Origin: Deltaproteobacteria bacterium | Lineage (GTDB): Bacteria; Myxococcota_A; UBA9160; UBA4427 | Length of the DNA: 64,000 bases | NCBI GenBank assembly: GCA_019310975.1 | Contig: JAFDDH010000001.1 | Span: 3,613-67,612 of the forward strand | Direction: 5' to 3' | The notes under the pieces: model-generated | Database searches by the model: none | Told to the model about the DNA's origin: nothing | What the model saw: the letters and a program-made list of their open reading frames with translations, nothing else | In this document: positions 9,143 to 18,591 of the stretch, piece after piece | How positions within the stretch are numbered: the first letter of the stretch is position 1 | Layout of the letters: each line of letters starts with the position of its first letter | Translations under genes and position numbers: made by a program

Positions 9143-9612
9143 GGCTGCATCACTTGAGAATCGTTCGCGACCTGGAAGACGCGGTACTCCACCGCATTCG
9201 GGAGCATGCGCCCCTCGGCAACGGCGACCAGACGGTTGATCCAGGTATAGCGCGGGTCGCCCGTCTCGAAGCGGGGCGAGGTCATGAAGTACGTCTCCCC
9301 GTAGTCGGTCGATTCGCCCCTTGCCATCGCGGCGGTCACCTTCTCGTTCATCTCGAGGATGCCGTGGTAGTGCATGTAGATGTGCGCACCGTCGTGAGTC
9401 TCCAGCGTGGCCCGGACGTCCAGGCGGGCGATGCCGGACTCGTCTATTACTAGCCAGTCGGCACCGCTGGCGAGGAGTTTGCCGGAGATCCTTGGCCCCT
9501 CGGCGCTACCCCCGACGACGTCGAAGATCATTCGGTTGCCGAGTGGACCCTTGCCGACCTCGACCGGGGCCTTCAGATCTGCGTGATAGGTCATCAGGGG
9601 TTCGAGCTTCAT
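9139..9612 (-). CDS. DUF3237 family protein
   Basis: GGSAEGPRISG, GADW, LDVRATLETHDGA, PRFETGDPRYTWIN motifs. Confidence 0.88.
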   Translation of the reverse strand: MKLEPLMTYHADLKAPVEVGKGPLGNRMIFDVVGGSAEGPRISGKLLASGADWLVIDESGIARLDVRATLETHDGAHIYMHYHGILEMNEKVTAAMARGESTDYGETYFMTSPRFETGDPRYTWINRLVAVAEGRMLPNAVEYRVFQVANDSQVMQP

Positions 9613-9636
9613 GTGGCCTCCATTGGGTCGGGACGA

Positions 9637-10668
9637 CTATTCCTTGAAGGTCTCGCTGATCATGCCCGAATAGAACATCAGCTTCTCGGGCGGGAGCCCG
9701 TAGGCGGGTGGGATGATGCAGATCGAGTCCGCGATGGCATCGAGCCGGCCGACCCGCTCGCGAACCTTCTCGGGCTCTCCCACCGCCACGAAGGTGCGCA
9801 CCATCTCGTCGGGCACGAGGTGCGCGACACTCCTGTAGTCGCCCCGCTGCACACCTTCCTGTAGCCCCCGCGCCACATCGAGATAGCCGTGCGCCTCGAA
9901 GAACGACTCGTATTGCGCAACGCCGCCGTAGAAGGCAATCGTTGCTCTCGAGTCCTCGATGGCCTCGGCCTCGTTCGGATTCGGGGCGACCCAGGGCCAG
10001 AGGTTCACCTCGATCTCGTCTCGGCTGCGTCCGGCCTTGCTGAGTGCGGCGTCGAGCTCGGGCGCCATCTTCTCGCTCGCCCACTCGATCGACCACATCG
10101 GATGGCCGATCATGCCGTCGCCGATGGCGGCCGCCACGCGGACCATGGGCGCGCGCAGTGCGGCAATCCAGATCGGGATCTCCTCGCGCAGGGGAGGCTC
10201 GGTCGGCGAGAGCTCCTTGAAGTCCGCCGTGTAGTACTCGCCCTCGAAGGGCTGGAGCCCCTTGTGGGCCCCTTTCACGATGTGTCGCACCGCCTCGACG
10301 GTCTCGCGCAGGTGGGCGAGCGGCTTGTGGAGGGGTGCGCCGTAGATGCCGTGGGACCAGGCCAGGACGCTCGCGCCCAGGCCCAGCGTGAAGCGCCCGC
10401 CCGAGATGCGATCCATGTCGATCGCGGCCATCGCCGTCTCGAAGGGGCTGCGGGCCGCTGCGATCGCGATGCCGCTGGCCAGCTCCAGACGATCCGTCGC
10501 CCCGGCCGCGACGGCCAGTGGTAGGAAGGGCGGACCATAGACCTGTGGGGCGAAGACGCCGTGGATTCCGTCGGCCTCTGCCTGCTTCGCCAGCGCCACG
10601 ATGATCGGGGCCGGCAGCGATTGCAGGACACTCCAGCGTCGCGGTCGAGATGAGCGTTCGGGCGCCAT
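9637..10668 (-). CDS. LLM-class flavin(F420)-dependent oxidoreductase
   Basis: TDRLELASGIAIA, ISGGRFTLGLG, IPIWIAAL..MVRVAAAIGDG. Confidence 0.88.
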   Translation of the reverse strand: MAPERSSRPRRWSVLQSLPAPIIVALAKQAEADGIHGVFAPQVYGPPFLPLAVAAGATDRLELASGIAIAAARSPFETAMAAIDMDRISGGRFTLGLGASVLAWSHGIYGAPLHKPLAHLRETVEAVRHIVKGAHKGLQPFEGEYYTADFKELSPTEPPLREEIPIWIAALRAPMVRVAAAIGDGMIGHPMWSIEWASEKMAPELDAALSKAGRSRDEIEVNLWPWVAPNPNEAEAIEDSRATIAFYGGVAQYESFFEAHGYLDVARGLQEGVQRGDYRSVAHLVPDEMVRTFVAVGEPEKVRERVGRLDAIADSICIIPPAYGLPPEKLMFYSGMISETFKE

Positions 10669-10957
10669 TCTGGGCACTCCTTGACTTGCCGCTGCGTTGG
10701 GGCCGATGACGAGATTGCGTCTTGGCCCACGCACGGGGTCACGAGTCTAGTGCGCTCCCCAGGTGCAGGGAATGTGGGGATTGGGAAAGAACCGGCAGGC
10801 CTGGACCCAGTCTACGGGAGCGTGTTCGGTCTCTCGCCGGAGAACGCAGTCCTTCGTCGTGTCGACTACTACCGCGGTCTTCGCGCCGCCGGCCACTCCA
10901 CCGAGGGGCGTCGGGCCGGATGCCTCACGTATCGCACCCGCCGCGGCGCCACGCGCG

Positions 10958-11731
10958 CTAGATCCGCCACATCTCCTCGAGCTCGCCGTCGAAGCGGCTC
11001 GGATTCATGCGCAGGCAGTGAATGCGGCCGACGCGCGCAGCGAGTGTCGGGCAATCCGTCATTCCATTGCGAGCCGCCTCGGCCAGATCGCGAGAGAGCT
11101 CGCAGAGCGTGGCGACCTGGCCTTCGAACTGACCGTCATCCCACACCACCATATGCAGGTCGAAGCACGCGTCGGGTGGCAGCGAGCCCTTGAGACGATC
11201 GCTGTTGACGAAGTTCAGCTGCGAGGCGGGCGCCAGCTCGGTCAAGCACGCCAGCAGCCGCAGGAGCAGCGGGTAGGCGGAGCTGTCGTCCAGCGACTGC
11301 GCAACCCCCAGGATCGGGCGCGCGGCCCCTTCGTTGGGGCTCGCGATGTAGTCGAATCCGTCGCGCGCACTGTGGCCGCTGGGGATCAGCTCCGGGACCG
11401 GGCGCACGTCGGTGGCCAGGCAGCGGAACTCCCAGTCGGGATCGTCGCCGCTGGCGACACAGATCTCCTGGCCCTCGTAGAAGTGGTCGAGCAGCAGCTC
11501 GGCCGTGTCGTCCGCCGGCGGGCGCTGGGTCATATCGCAGACCAGATCCAGCTCGGATTCACCGAAGCTCTCGATCACCCCATAGGCGTCGAGCATCTCG
11601 TCCACGAGCAGCTCGGGATGCGAGAGCAGGTCCGCGCACTCGAGGATCTGCTGGTCGTGGTCGATCACGCGGGCGCGCTGGTAGCTGCAGCGCAATCGCG
11701 TGCTCGGGAGATGCAGACTCTGCTCGTCCAT
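10958..11731 (-). CDS. Hypothetical protein (possible degenerate PD-(D/E)xK fold)
   Basis: 257-aa acidic ORF with coding-like composition; fold call is inference. Confidence 0.7.
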   Translation of the reverse strand: MDEQSLHLPSTRLRCSYQRARVIDHDQQILECADLLSHPELLVDEMLDAYGVIESFGESELDLVCDMTQRPPADDTAELLLDHFYEGQEICVASGDDPDWEFRCLATDVRPVPELIPSGHSARDGFDYIASPNEGAARPILGVAQSLDDSSAYPLLLRLLACLTELAPASQLNFVNSDRLKGSLPPDACFDLHMVVWDDGQFEGQVATLCELSRDLAEAARNGMTDCPTLAARVGRIHCLRMNPSRFDGELEEMWRI

Positions 11732-11883
11732 CGGCTCCGGGTTCCGTGTCGGTCAATCCTGCGGACCTTTCGTATCGGCCAACTGCGGCGAATTCACAGC
11801 ATGAGATTGGCGTGGCGGGACACTCGAGTGCGAATCCACATCAGCAGCCGGCAGCTCATGCGCAGCATTCGCGCGGGGCGTGC

Positions 11884-12504
11884 TCACTCGTCGTCGATGC
11901 AGCGCTCGCCGAGGCGGTAGTGGATGAAGAACGAGCGGCTGCGACGGCGCTCGCCGTGGACCCGGGCGACGCGATCGAGCACCTCCTCAGTGACGTCGAT
12001 GATCGGCAGCCGGCGCGCCATCGCGATCGGCAGCCACGAGAGATCCATCAGCTCGCCGTTTCCGCGCAGGCGTCCGCGCGCTGCCCCTGCATCGGTCACG
12101 AAGAAGCGCGCGTGGTATCGGATCTCGCTCTGGGCCGGCGTGATGGCACGGCCCAGGTAGCGGAGCGGAGCGAGATCGGGCAGGAATTGGCCGCCGCGCA
12201 CGTCTCCGACGGCGAGCCCTGTCTCCTCCCAGGTCTCGCGAACGGCCGCGATCGCCAGTGCGCGCACGCGCGCTGGCGACCAGCGCTGCTCGAGCGGGCG
12301 GGCCACCGCGCGGCGCAGCGGCCGCAGCAGGGGGCGGTGGTGGTCGCCGTGCTCGACGCCGCCGCCGGGAAACACCCACACGTCGGGCATAAAGCGGTGT
12401 CGTGGCGCACGGCGCCCCATCAGCACCCGCAGGCTCTGGCCCGCGCCCCGGACGACGACCAGGCTCGCAGCGTCTCTCGGGCGGGCAGGTCCAGTCAAAG
12501 CCAT
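11884..12504 (-). CDS. NUDIX hydrolase
   Basis: VFPGGGVE...AAVRETWEETGL Nudix box; RYHARFF. Confidence 0.88.
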   Translation of the reverse strand: MALTGPARPRDAASLVVVRGAGQSLRVLMGRRAPRHRFMPDVWVFPGGGVEHGDHHRPLLRPLRRAVARPLEQRWSPARVRALAIAAVRETWEETGLAVGDVRGGQFLPDLAPLRYLGRAITPAQSEIRYHARFFVTDAGAARGRLRGNGELMDLSWLPIAMARRLPIIDVTEEVLDRVARVHGERRRSRSFFIHYRLGERCIDDE

Positions 12505-12603
12505 CCGAAGCTAGCAGGGTCTTGCCCGCTGCAGTGTCGGAACACCCGATTTCGCGTGCGGACCGCGCGGGCTAAATTCGCTTCGGCCCACGGTCCCGAT
12601 CGC

Positions 12604-13344
12604 ATGAATGCCCACTCGATTCCCGTCCTGGTCATGGCTGGCATCACGCTCTACGTGGGCGTGTACCACCTCTTCCTCTACCTGCGGCTACGCCGCAATC
12701 GGTGGGACCTCACCTTCGCGCTGACCTGCTGCTCGACGAAGCCGACGTGCCCGTGCCGTCCGAGATGAAGCCAGGTGAGTTCGTACAACTCTGCGTCTCC
12801 GACACGGGGTCGGGAATCGACCCGGAGACGCTGGAGCGAATCTTCGAACCCTTCTTTACCACCAAGGACCTGCGACGCCACGACGGGCAGCGTATTCCGT
12901 GTCAACCTGCCGTCCGTCGACGAGCTCCCGAGCGCCACAAAGAGTGGAACCCCGGCGGTGGCTCGCAGGTCGCCGGGCAACGAGACGATCCTGGTGGCCG
13001 AGGACGAGGAGAGGGTGCGTACGTTGGTGCGCGGCATCCTCGAGCCGCTCGGCTACCGGGTCTGGCTTGCCGCCGAGGGCCGCCAGGCGCTGGCCATGGT
13101 GCGCGCCGACCCGCGTGGCGTCGATCTGTTGCTGAGCGACGTGGTGATGCCGGGCATGAGCGGCCCGGAGCTCTTTGAGCTCGCGCGTCAGCACAGCCCG
13201 GCTCTGCGCGTTCTCTACATGACGGGCTATGTCGAGGACTCGATCGAGGCCGCGCTGGTGGGCGTCGGAGAGTGGTCACTCCTCCAGAAGCCCTTCTCCG
13301 GGAGCGAGCTGGCTGCCAGAGTCCGTGAAGTGCTAGACATCTGA
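12604..13344 (+). pseudogene. Hybrid histidine kinase/receiver (CckA-like) gene collapsed by internal deletions
   Basis: TM start in frame 1, VSDTGSGI..RIFEPFFTTKD in frame 2, GSVFRVNLP plus intact receiver (ILVAEDE, LLLSDVVMPGMSG, LQKPF) in frame 3. Confidence 0.85.
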
Positions 13345-13567
13345 GGCAGTACGGTTCCCCCGGGGCCCGAAGTGCAGTCCCGGCGGCAGGTGTTCAGATC
13401 TGCGACCGATTTCCCGATAACCGGTGCGCAGAGACGGCGCAGAAGCCGTGGCTTCAGGCCTCCCGGTGCATCGCCCCGCCATGCAATAGACTGGGGCCCG
13501 GCGAAGCCACCGGCAGCGGCAACTCTGCGCGTAAGGTTCGAATCGGTCGAGGGGATTCCAGCTCGCA

Positions 13568-14170
13568 ATGCTGTCCGGCTTCAATACCAACTACCGCCAT
13601 CGGGGCGTGGTCTTCCACGTTCAGACAGAGGATAGCGGGCGCCAGAACCCCCACGTGATCACGCATCTCTTTCACGGCGGCAACATCATCGCCTCGGAGA
13701 AGGTGGATTACTCGGCCAAGCTCGATGCCGAGGAGCTCGAGGGCGAGGTGAAGGCGCTGATGGAGCGCCAGCACAAGAAGATGTTGAAATCGCTCAGCCG
13801 CGGCGAATGCGATGACGTCATCCAGCAGCGGATGGGCGATCACGTCTTCGGCGATCATGTCGACACCGCCGACACGGTTCCTCCGCACACCGAGGAGCCG
13901 GCGACTGTGATCGATACGCCGCCGCCTGTTGATGAGGCGCAGCCGCTTGATGAGGCGCAGCCGCTTGATGAGGCGCAGCCGCTTGATGAGGCGCAGCCTT
14001 TCGATGAGGCGCAGCCGCTGCCCCCGCCCGCTGGAGTGCACGACGACACCACCAAGGAAAGGATCAGCCGGGCCTTTGGTGAGGGCGTGGTGAGCGAGAA
14101 GCCGTTGGACGAAGTTGTGCTGGACTACCTGGTGGAGAACGCGCGCAAGCGGAAACGCTCGGGCAAGTGA
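13568..14170 (+). CDS. romY: RomY-like polarity protein (MglB co-GAP)
   Basis: N-terminal GFNTNYRHRGVVFHVQTEDSG..NPHVITHLF..GNII and C-terminal FGEGVVSEKPLDEVVLDYL; directly upstream of ftsE-ftsX as I recall for Myxococcus romY. Confidence 0.72.
   Translation: MLSGFNTNYRHRGVVFHVQTEDSGRQNPHVITHLFHGGNIIASEKVDYSAKLDAEELEGEVKALMERQHKKMLKSLSRGECDDVIQQRMGDHVFGDHVDTADTVPPHTEEPATVIDTPPPVDEAQPLDEAQPLDEAQPLDEAQPFDEAQPLPPPAGVHDDTTKERISRAFGEGVVSEKPLDEVVLDYLVENARKRKRSGK
13931..14020 (+). repeat. 18-bp coding tandem repeat x5 (DEAQPL)
   Basis: GATGAGGCGCAGCCGCTT x3 plus two variant copies. Confidence 0.95.
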
Positions 14171-14910
14171 ACGAAGCTCGCAGGAGCGCGGGGCGCATGC
14201 GTGGCGCTTGGGAGAGCCGGGACGATTGCCCGGTCCGCATGTACCGCGTTTCCAAGTCCTACATCGCCGGTAGCGCCGCGCTTCGCGACGTTTCCCTCGA
14301 GATCAGGAAGGGCGAGTTCGTCTTCCTGACCGGACAGAGCGGTGCCGGCAAGACGACCCTGCTGGACCTGCTCTTCGCGGCGGAGCGGCCGAGCGAGGGA
14401 CAGATTCTCATGCTCGGGCGCAACATCGCCCGACTGCGCGGGTCGGCGATCCCGGCCCTACGCCGTCGCGTGGGCGTGGTCTTTCAGGACTTCAAGCTCC
14501 TGCAGGGGCGCAGCGTCGAGGAGAACGTCCGCATTACATTGGACGTGGTCGGCACCCCGCGCCGGGAGGCGCGCTCGCGCGTGTTCAACATGCTGCGCCA
14601 GGTCGGCCTGCAGCACCGCCGCTACCATTCCCCGGAGTCCCTCTCGGGCGGTGAGCAACAGCGCGTCGCGATCGCGCGGGCCTTGGTGGGCGAGCCGGAG
14701 ATCCTGCTTGCGGACGAGCCCACGGGCAATCTCGACCCCGATCTCTCGATTGAGATCATCGAGCTGATGCTGAACGCCGCGACTCGCGGCACCACGGTCA
14801 TCGTGGCGACCCACGACCACGCCCTGCTGGAGCGCTATCACCGGCGCACCCTGCGGCTCGAGGCCGGGCAGCTCGCCGAGGACGAGGCCAGGGCGAGCGC
14901 GGACCTGTGA
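14167..14910 (+). CDS. ftsE: Cell division ATP-binding protein FtsE
   Basis: GQSGAGKTT, VFQDFKLL, LSGGEQQRVAIARAL; followed by ftsX. Confidence 0.92.
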   Translation: MNEARRSAGRMRGAWESRDDCPVRMYRVSKSYIAGSAALRDVSLEIRKGEFVFLTGQSGAGKTTLLDLLFAAERPSEGQILMLGRNIARLRGSAIPALRRRVGVVFQDFKLLQGRSVEENVRITLDVVGTPRREARSRVFNMLRQVGLQHRRYHSPESLSGGEQQRVAIARALVGEPEILLADEPTGNLDPDLSIEIIELMLNAATRGTTVIVATHDHALLERYHRRTLRLEAGQLAEDEARASADL

Positions 14911-15806
14911 AGCGCGTCGCAGTCATTCTGGCGATTCTCGGGCGCTCGGCGCTGCGCGGGCTGCAGAGCGCAGCGGTGACGGCCGCGATCGCAACGGCGA
15001 CGATCGCCATCGCGCTCTTCCTCGTCGGTGCGTTCGGACTGGTTGTGGTGAATATGGAGGGGCTGCTGGATCGATTCGGGCGCGATCTGCAGATCACCGC
15101 CTACCTCGAGGAGGGGTACGACGCCAATGCGCTGCGCGGTCTGGCTGGCCGAGTCGCCACCGTCGAGGGTGTGTACAGCGTGGAGGTGATCGACAAGGAC
15201 GCTGCACTCGAGCGCTTTCGCGCCATGTCGGGCGGGGCGGCGCTGCTCGGGGGGCTGGACGGCAACCCGCTACCGGCCTCACTCGAGATCACGCTGGACG
15301 ATGCACACCGCACGAACGAGGGGCTCGAGATCCTGACTTCCGCTCTCGATGGCCTGCCCGGTATCGATGAGATCGCGCACGGACAGGACTGGATCGAGGG
15401 TTACGCGCGGGCCGTCGCATTGGTGCGCGTGTCGGGCTACGCGCTCGGCACCGTGCTCAGCTTGGCCACACTGCTGATCGTCGCCAATACGATCCGCCTG
15501 GGTGTCTATTCACGCAAGGACGAGCTGGGCATTCTGGCCCTGGTGGGTGCCAGCCGGACTTTCGTGCGCACGCCCTTCCTGATCGAGGGCACGCTGCAGG
15601 GGGCGATCGGCGGATTACTCGCGTTGCTCTTGTTGCTCGGGGCCTTCCAGGTGGCGGTGCCTCAGCTGCAGTACGGCCTGACCTTTTTTCTTGGCAGCAC
15701 CGAGCCGCGCTTCTTCGAAGCCGGCGAGATCGTGCGCTTGCTGCTCGGCGGTGCGGGTCTGGGGCTCGGCGGCTCGGCGGCGGCACTGATTGGATGGCGC
15801 TCGTGA
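14907..15806 (+). CDS. ftsX: Cell division permease FtsX
   Basis: NPLPASLEI, IVANTIRL, LVGASRTFVRTPFLIEG. Confidence 0.92.
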   Translation: MKRVAVILAILGRSALRGLQSAAVTAAIATATIAIALFLVGAFGLVVVNMEGLLDRFGRDLQITAYLEEGYDANALRGLAGRVATVEGVYSVEVIDKDAALERFRAMSGGAALLGGLDGNPLPASLEITLDDAHRTNEGLEILTSALDGLPGIDEIAHGQDWIEGYARAVALVRVSGYALGTVLSLATLLIVANTIRLGVYSRKDELGILALVGASRTFVRTPFLIEGTLQGAIGGLLALLLLLGAFQVAVPQLQYGLTFFLGSTEPRFFEAGEIVRLLLGGAGLGLGGSAAALIGWRS

Positions 15807-16996
15807 GCGCGCGGTGCCGCGTCGGCTCGGCACCTTCTGGATTCGCCTCCTCTCTCGCCGCTCTGCTCATGTGGCTGATGGTTGCAACTCTTGCATCGGC
15901 CGAGGACGAGGCCGCGCTCACCGGCGACGACGAGATCCAAGAGCTGCGCAGCGCAATCGCGGACAGCCGCGAGCGCGTCGGTTCCCACGAGCGCGAGGAG
16001 CGCGACATCCTCGAGCTGATGGAGGAGATCGACCGCGGGCTCGATCAGCTACGCGAGGAGGTCGATCGCTCCGAGCAGCGCGCCGACCGGGCCCAGGCGG
16101 CGCTCATCGATACGGACGTGAAGCTGCGGGAGATTCGCGCTCGGCTGGCGCGAACGCGTCGCGAGATGTCGAAGCGCGCCGTTGCACTCTACAAGGCCGG
16201 CAGCGCCGGGCCGCTGCAGGTGCTCTTCGCCTCGGCGGACGTGCAGGAGCTGCTCGCCAAGGGGTCCACGCTGAAGCGACTCCTCCGATACGATACCGAG
16301 TTGATTGCGCGCTTCGAGCATCAGCAGAGTGACCTGCTCGACGTCGAGTCGGCCGCGGCCCGTGCGCTGGTCGGCCGCGACGAGGCACGCGCGCGATTTG
16401 CTACCCGCAGCCGCATCTTCGACGAGGAGCGCGCCGAGAAGCGAGCGCTACTCGGGCGCGTGAGGGGGGATCGCAGTCGCGAGCGTGCGCTGCTCGTCGA
16501 GCTCGAGCGCGCGGCCCGGGCGCTCGAGGAGACGCTCGCGGGTCTCGGTGACGACGCGGGCGAGCGCGAGCAGAGCCTCGACGGCGGCGGCTTCGAGAAG
16601 CTGCGTGGCCGCCTGGACCGGCCGGTGCCCGGCCGCATCGAGCAGCGATTCGGCCGCGATGTCGACAGCGAGTACCAGACCTCGATCTTCAGAAGCGGCG
16701 TCGAGCTCGGCGCCGGGGCCGGCGATTCGGTTCACGCGGTGGCGCTCGGGCAGGTGCGCTTCGCCGGCTGGTTCCGGGGCTACGGGAAGATCGTGATCGT
16801 CGACCACGGTGACGGCTACTTCACCGTGTCCGGGCACCTGGCCGACATCTACGTCGAGGTCGGAGACGCGATCGCAGCGGGCGACACGCTTGGCACGGTG
16901 GGTGAGACCGGCTCCCTCAGCGGACCGAGCCTCTACTTCGAGGTGCGCCAAGGCGGCAGCCCCCTCGATCCGGCGGACTGGCTGGCGAAGGGGTAG
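15794..16996 (+). CDS. envC: Murein hydrolase activator EnvC (coiled coil + degenerate M23)
   Basis: Long coiled coil, GYGKIVIVDHG, SLYFEVR; start may be GTG 15803. Confidence 0.85.
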   Translation: MALVSARCRVGSAPSGFASSLAALLMWLMVATLASAEDEAALTGDDEIQELRSAIADSRERVGSHEREERDILELMEEIDRGLDQLREEVDRSEQRADRAQAALIDTDVKLREIRARLARTRREMSKRAVALYKAGSAGPLQVLFASADVQELLAKGSTLKRLLRYDTELIARFEHQQSDLLDVESAAARALVGRDEARARFATRSRIFDEERAEKRALLGRVRGDRSRERALLVELERAARALEETLAGLGDDAGEREQSLDGGGFEKLRGRLDRPVPGRIEQRFGRDVDSEYQTSIFRSGVELGAGAGDSVHAVALGQVRFAGWFRGYGKIVIVDHGDGYFTVSGHLADIYVEVGDAIAAGDTLGTVGETGSLSGPSLYFEVRQGGSPLDPADWLAKG

Positions 16997-17051
16997 CATG
17001 GTGAACTTCTGCCGCGGAAAGGGATCGGGGCCGCGGCCCCTTGGGGGCAAG

Positions 17052-18551
17052 ATGATGCGACGCAAAATGCACCCGTCAGCCACGTTTACAATGGGCTTCG
17101 TCGCCGCATTGGTGATGCTGACCCTGGTGGGGGGCGCCACCACCGGCGCCTCCACGCGCTACGAGGACCTCGCGCTCTTCTCGAGTGTGCTCGATCTCGT
17201 CCGGCGCAATTACGTCGAGCCGGTAGAGGAGCACGAGCTGATGCAGAGCGCGCTGCGCGGTCTGCTCGGCGAGCTCGATCCGCACTCGGCCTTCATGAGC
17301 AAGGACGCCTTCGAAGAGATGCAGGTGGACACCCGGGGCGAGTTCCACGGCCTCGGCATCGAGATCACCAAAGCGCAGGGCGGATTCATCGAGGTGGTCT
17401 CTCCGATCGAGGGCACGCCGGCCTCCCGCGCCGGCATCGAGTCGCACGATCAAATTACGTCGATCTGCCCGACCGAGGTGCCCGAGTCCTGGGACGAGGG
17501 CGAAAAGTGTCGCAACACCAAGGGCATGACGCTCTTCGAGGCCGTGCAGCTGATGCGTGGCAAGAAGGATACCGAGATCACGATCCACGTATTCCGGGAT
17601 GGATTCAGCGAGCCCAATCCCTTCACGATCGTCCGTGACATCGTCCAGGTCGCATCGGTGGAGGGCGAGCTGCTCTCGCCCGGCTACGCCTACCTGCGCA
17701 TACGTGCCTTCCAGGAGCGCACCGGGAGCGAGCTCGAGAAAGCCCTCGAAAGGATCCATGCCGAGGCGCCGGCGGGGCTTTCAGGGCTGGTCATCGATCT
17801 GCGAGACAACCCGGGCGGGCTGCTCAATCAGGCCGTCACCGTGGCGGACCACTGGCTGAGCGACGGCCTCGTCGTCTACACCATGGGCCGCGAGAACAGC
17901 CAGAAGCAGGAGTACCGCGCGCGCCCTCCGGGCACTGAGGGCGACTATCCCGTCGTCGTGCTGGTGAACGCGGGCAGCGCGAGTGCCAGTGAGATCGTGG
18001 CTGGTGCGCTGCAGGATCACCACCGTGCGTTGGTGATGGGTGTGCCCACCTTCGGCAAGGGCTCGGTGCAGACCGTGTATCCGCTGGAAGGCGGATCCGG
18101 GCTGCGGCTCACGACGGCGCTCTACTACACGCCGAGCGGCCGATCGATCCAGGAGGTCGGGATCGAGCCCGACATCGAGGTGCATCCCGCCTCGGCGTCG
18201 AGCTTGCTGGCCGACCGGCGTGTGCGCGAGCGCGATCTGCGTGGCCACTTCACGCATCGGGATGCGGACCCGGAGATCGAGGTAGAGGACAGCCTGCCCG
18301 AGCCCGCGCCGGCCGGCGACGTGGTCGACGAGCCAACCCCCGATGACGAGCAGACGGATCTGATGCTGGACCGCGCCCTCGAGGTGCTGAAGAGCTGGAC
18401 GTACTTCGAGCGCCTGAGCGAGCAGCGCGCCGAGAGTTCGCCGAACGCGAGTGCGCAGCCGGTGGCTGGCAGCGTGGAGACGTCTGCGGAGGATGGCGAG
18501 GGGGAAGGGGAGGGCGCGGGCGAAGCGGGCTCGAGCGAAGAGGCTCGGTGA
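17052..18551 (+). CDS. ctpA: S41 carboxy-terminal processing protease
   Basis: LDPHS, PDZ GLGI, DLRDNPGG, SASASEIVAGALQD, TFGKGSVQ. Confidence 0.92.
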   Translation: MMRRKMHPSATFTMGFVAALVMLTLVGGATTGASTRYEDLALFSSVLDLVRRNYVEPVEEHELMQSALRGLLGELDPHSAFMSKDAFEEMQVDTRGEFHGLGIEITKAQGGFIEVVSPIEGTPASRAGIESHDQITSICPTEVPESWDEGEKCRNTKGMTLFEAVQLMRGKKDTEITIHVFRDGFSEPNPFTIVRDIVQVASVEGELLSPGYAYLRIRAFQERTGSELEKALERIHAEAPAGLSGLVIDLRDNPGGLLNQAVTVADHWLSDGLVVYTMGRENSQKQEYRARPPGTEGDYPVVVLVNAGSASASEIVAGALQDHHRALVMGVPTFGKGSVQTVYPLEGGSGLRLTTALYYTPSGRSIQEVGIEPDIEVHPASASSLLADRRVRERDLRGHFTHRDADPEIEVEDSLPEPAPAGDVVDEPTPDDEQTDLMLDRALEVLKSWTYFERLSEQRAESSPNASAQPVAGSVETSAEDGEGEGEGAGEAGSSEEAR

Positions 18552-18591
18552 AAGGCGCCCACACCCGCGGCGCGCCCGGATCGCGTGAGCA

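Noticed and set aside
13530-13550. GGTTCGAATC resembling a tRNA T-loop
   Set aside because: No T-stem, acceptor stem or cloverleaf around it
13931-14020. Repeat array as a possible CRISPR
   Set aside because: No spacers; in-frame coding repeat; no cas genes
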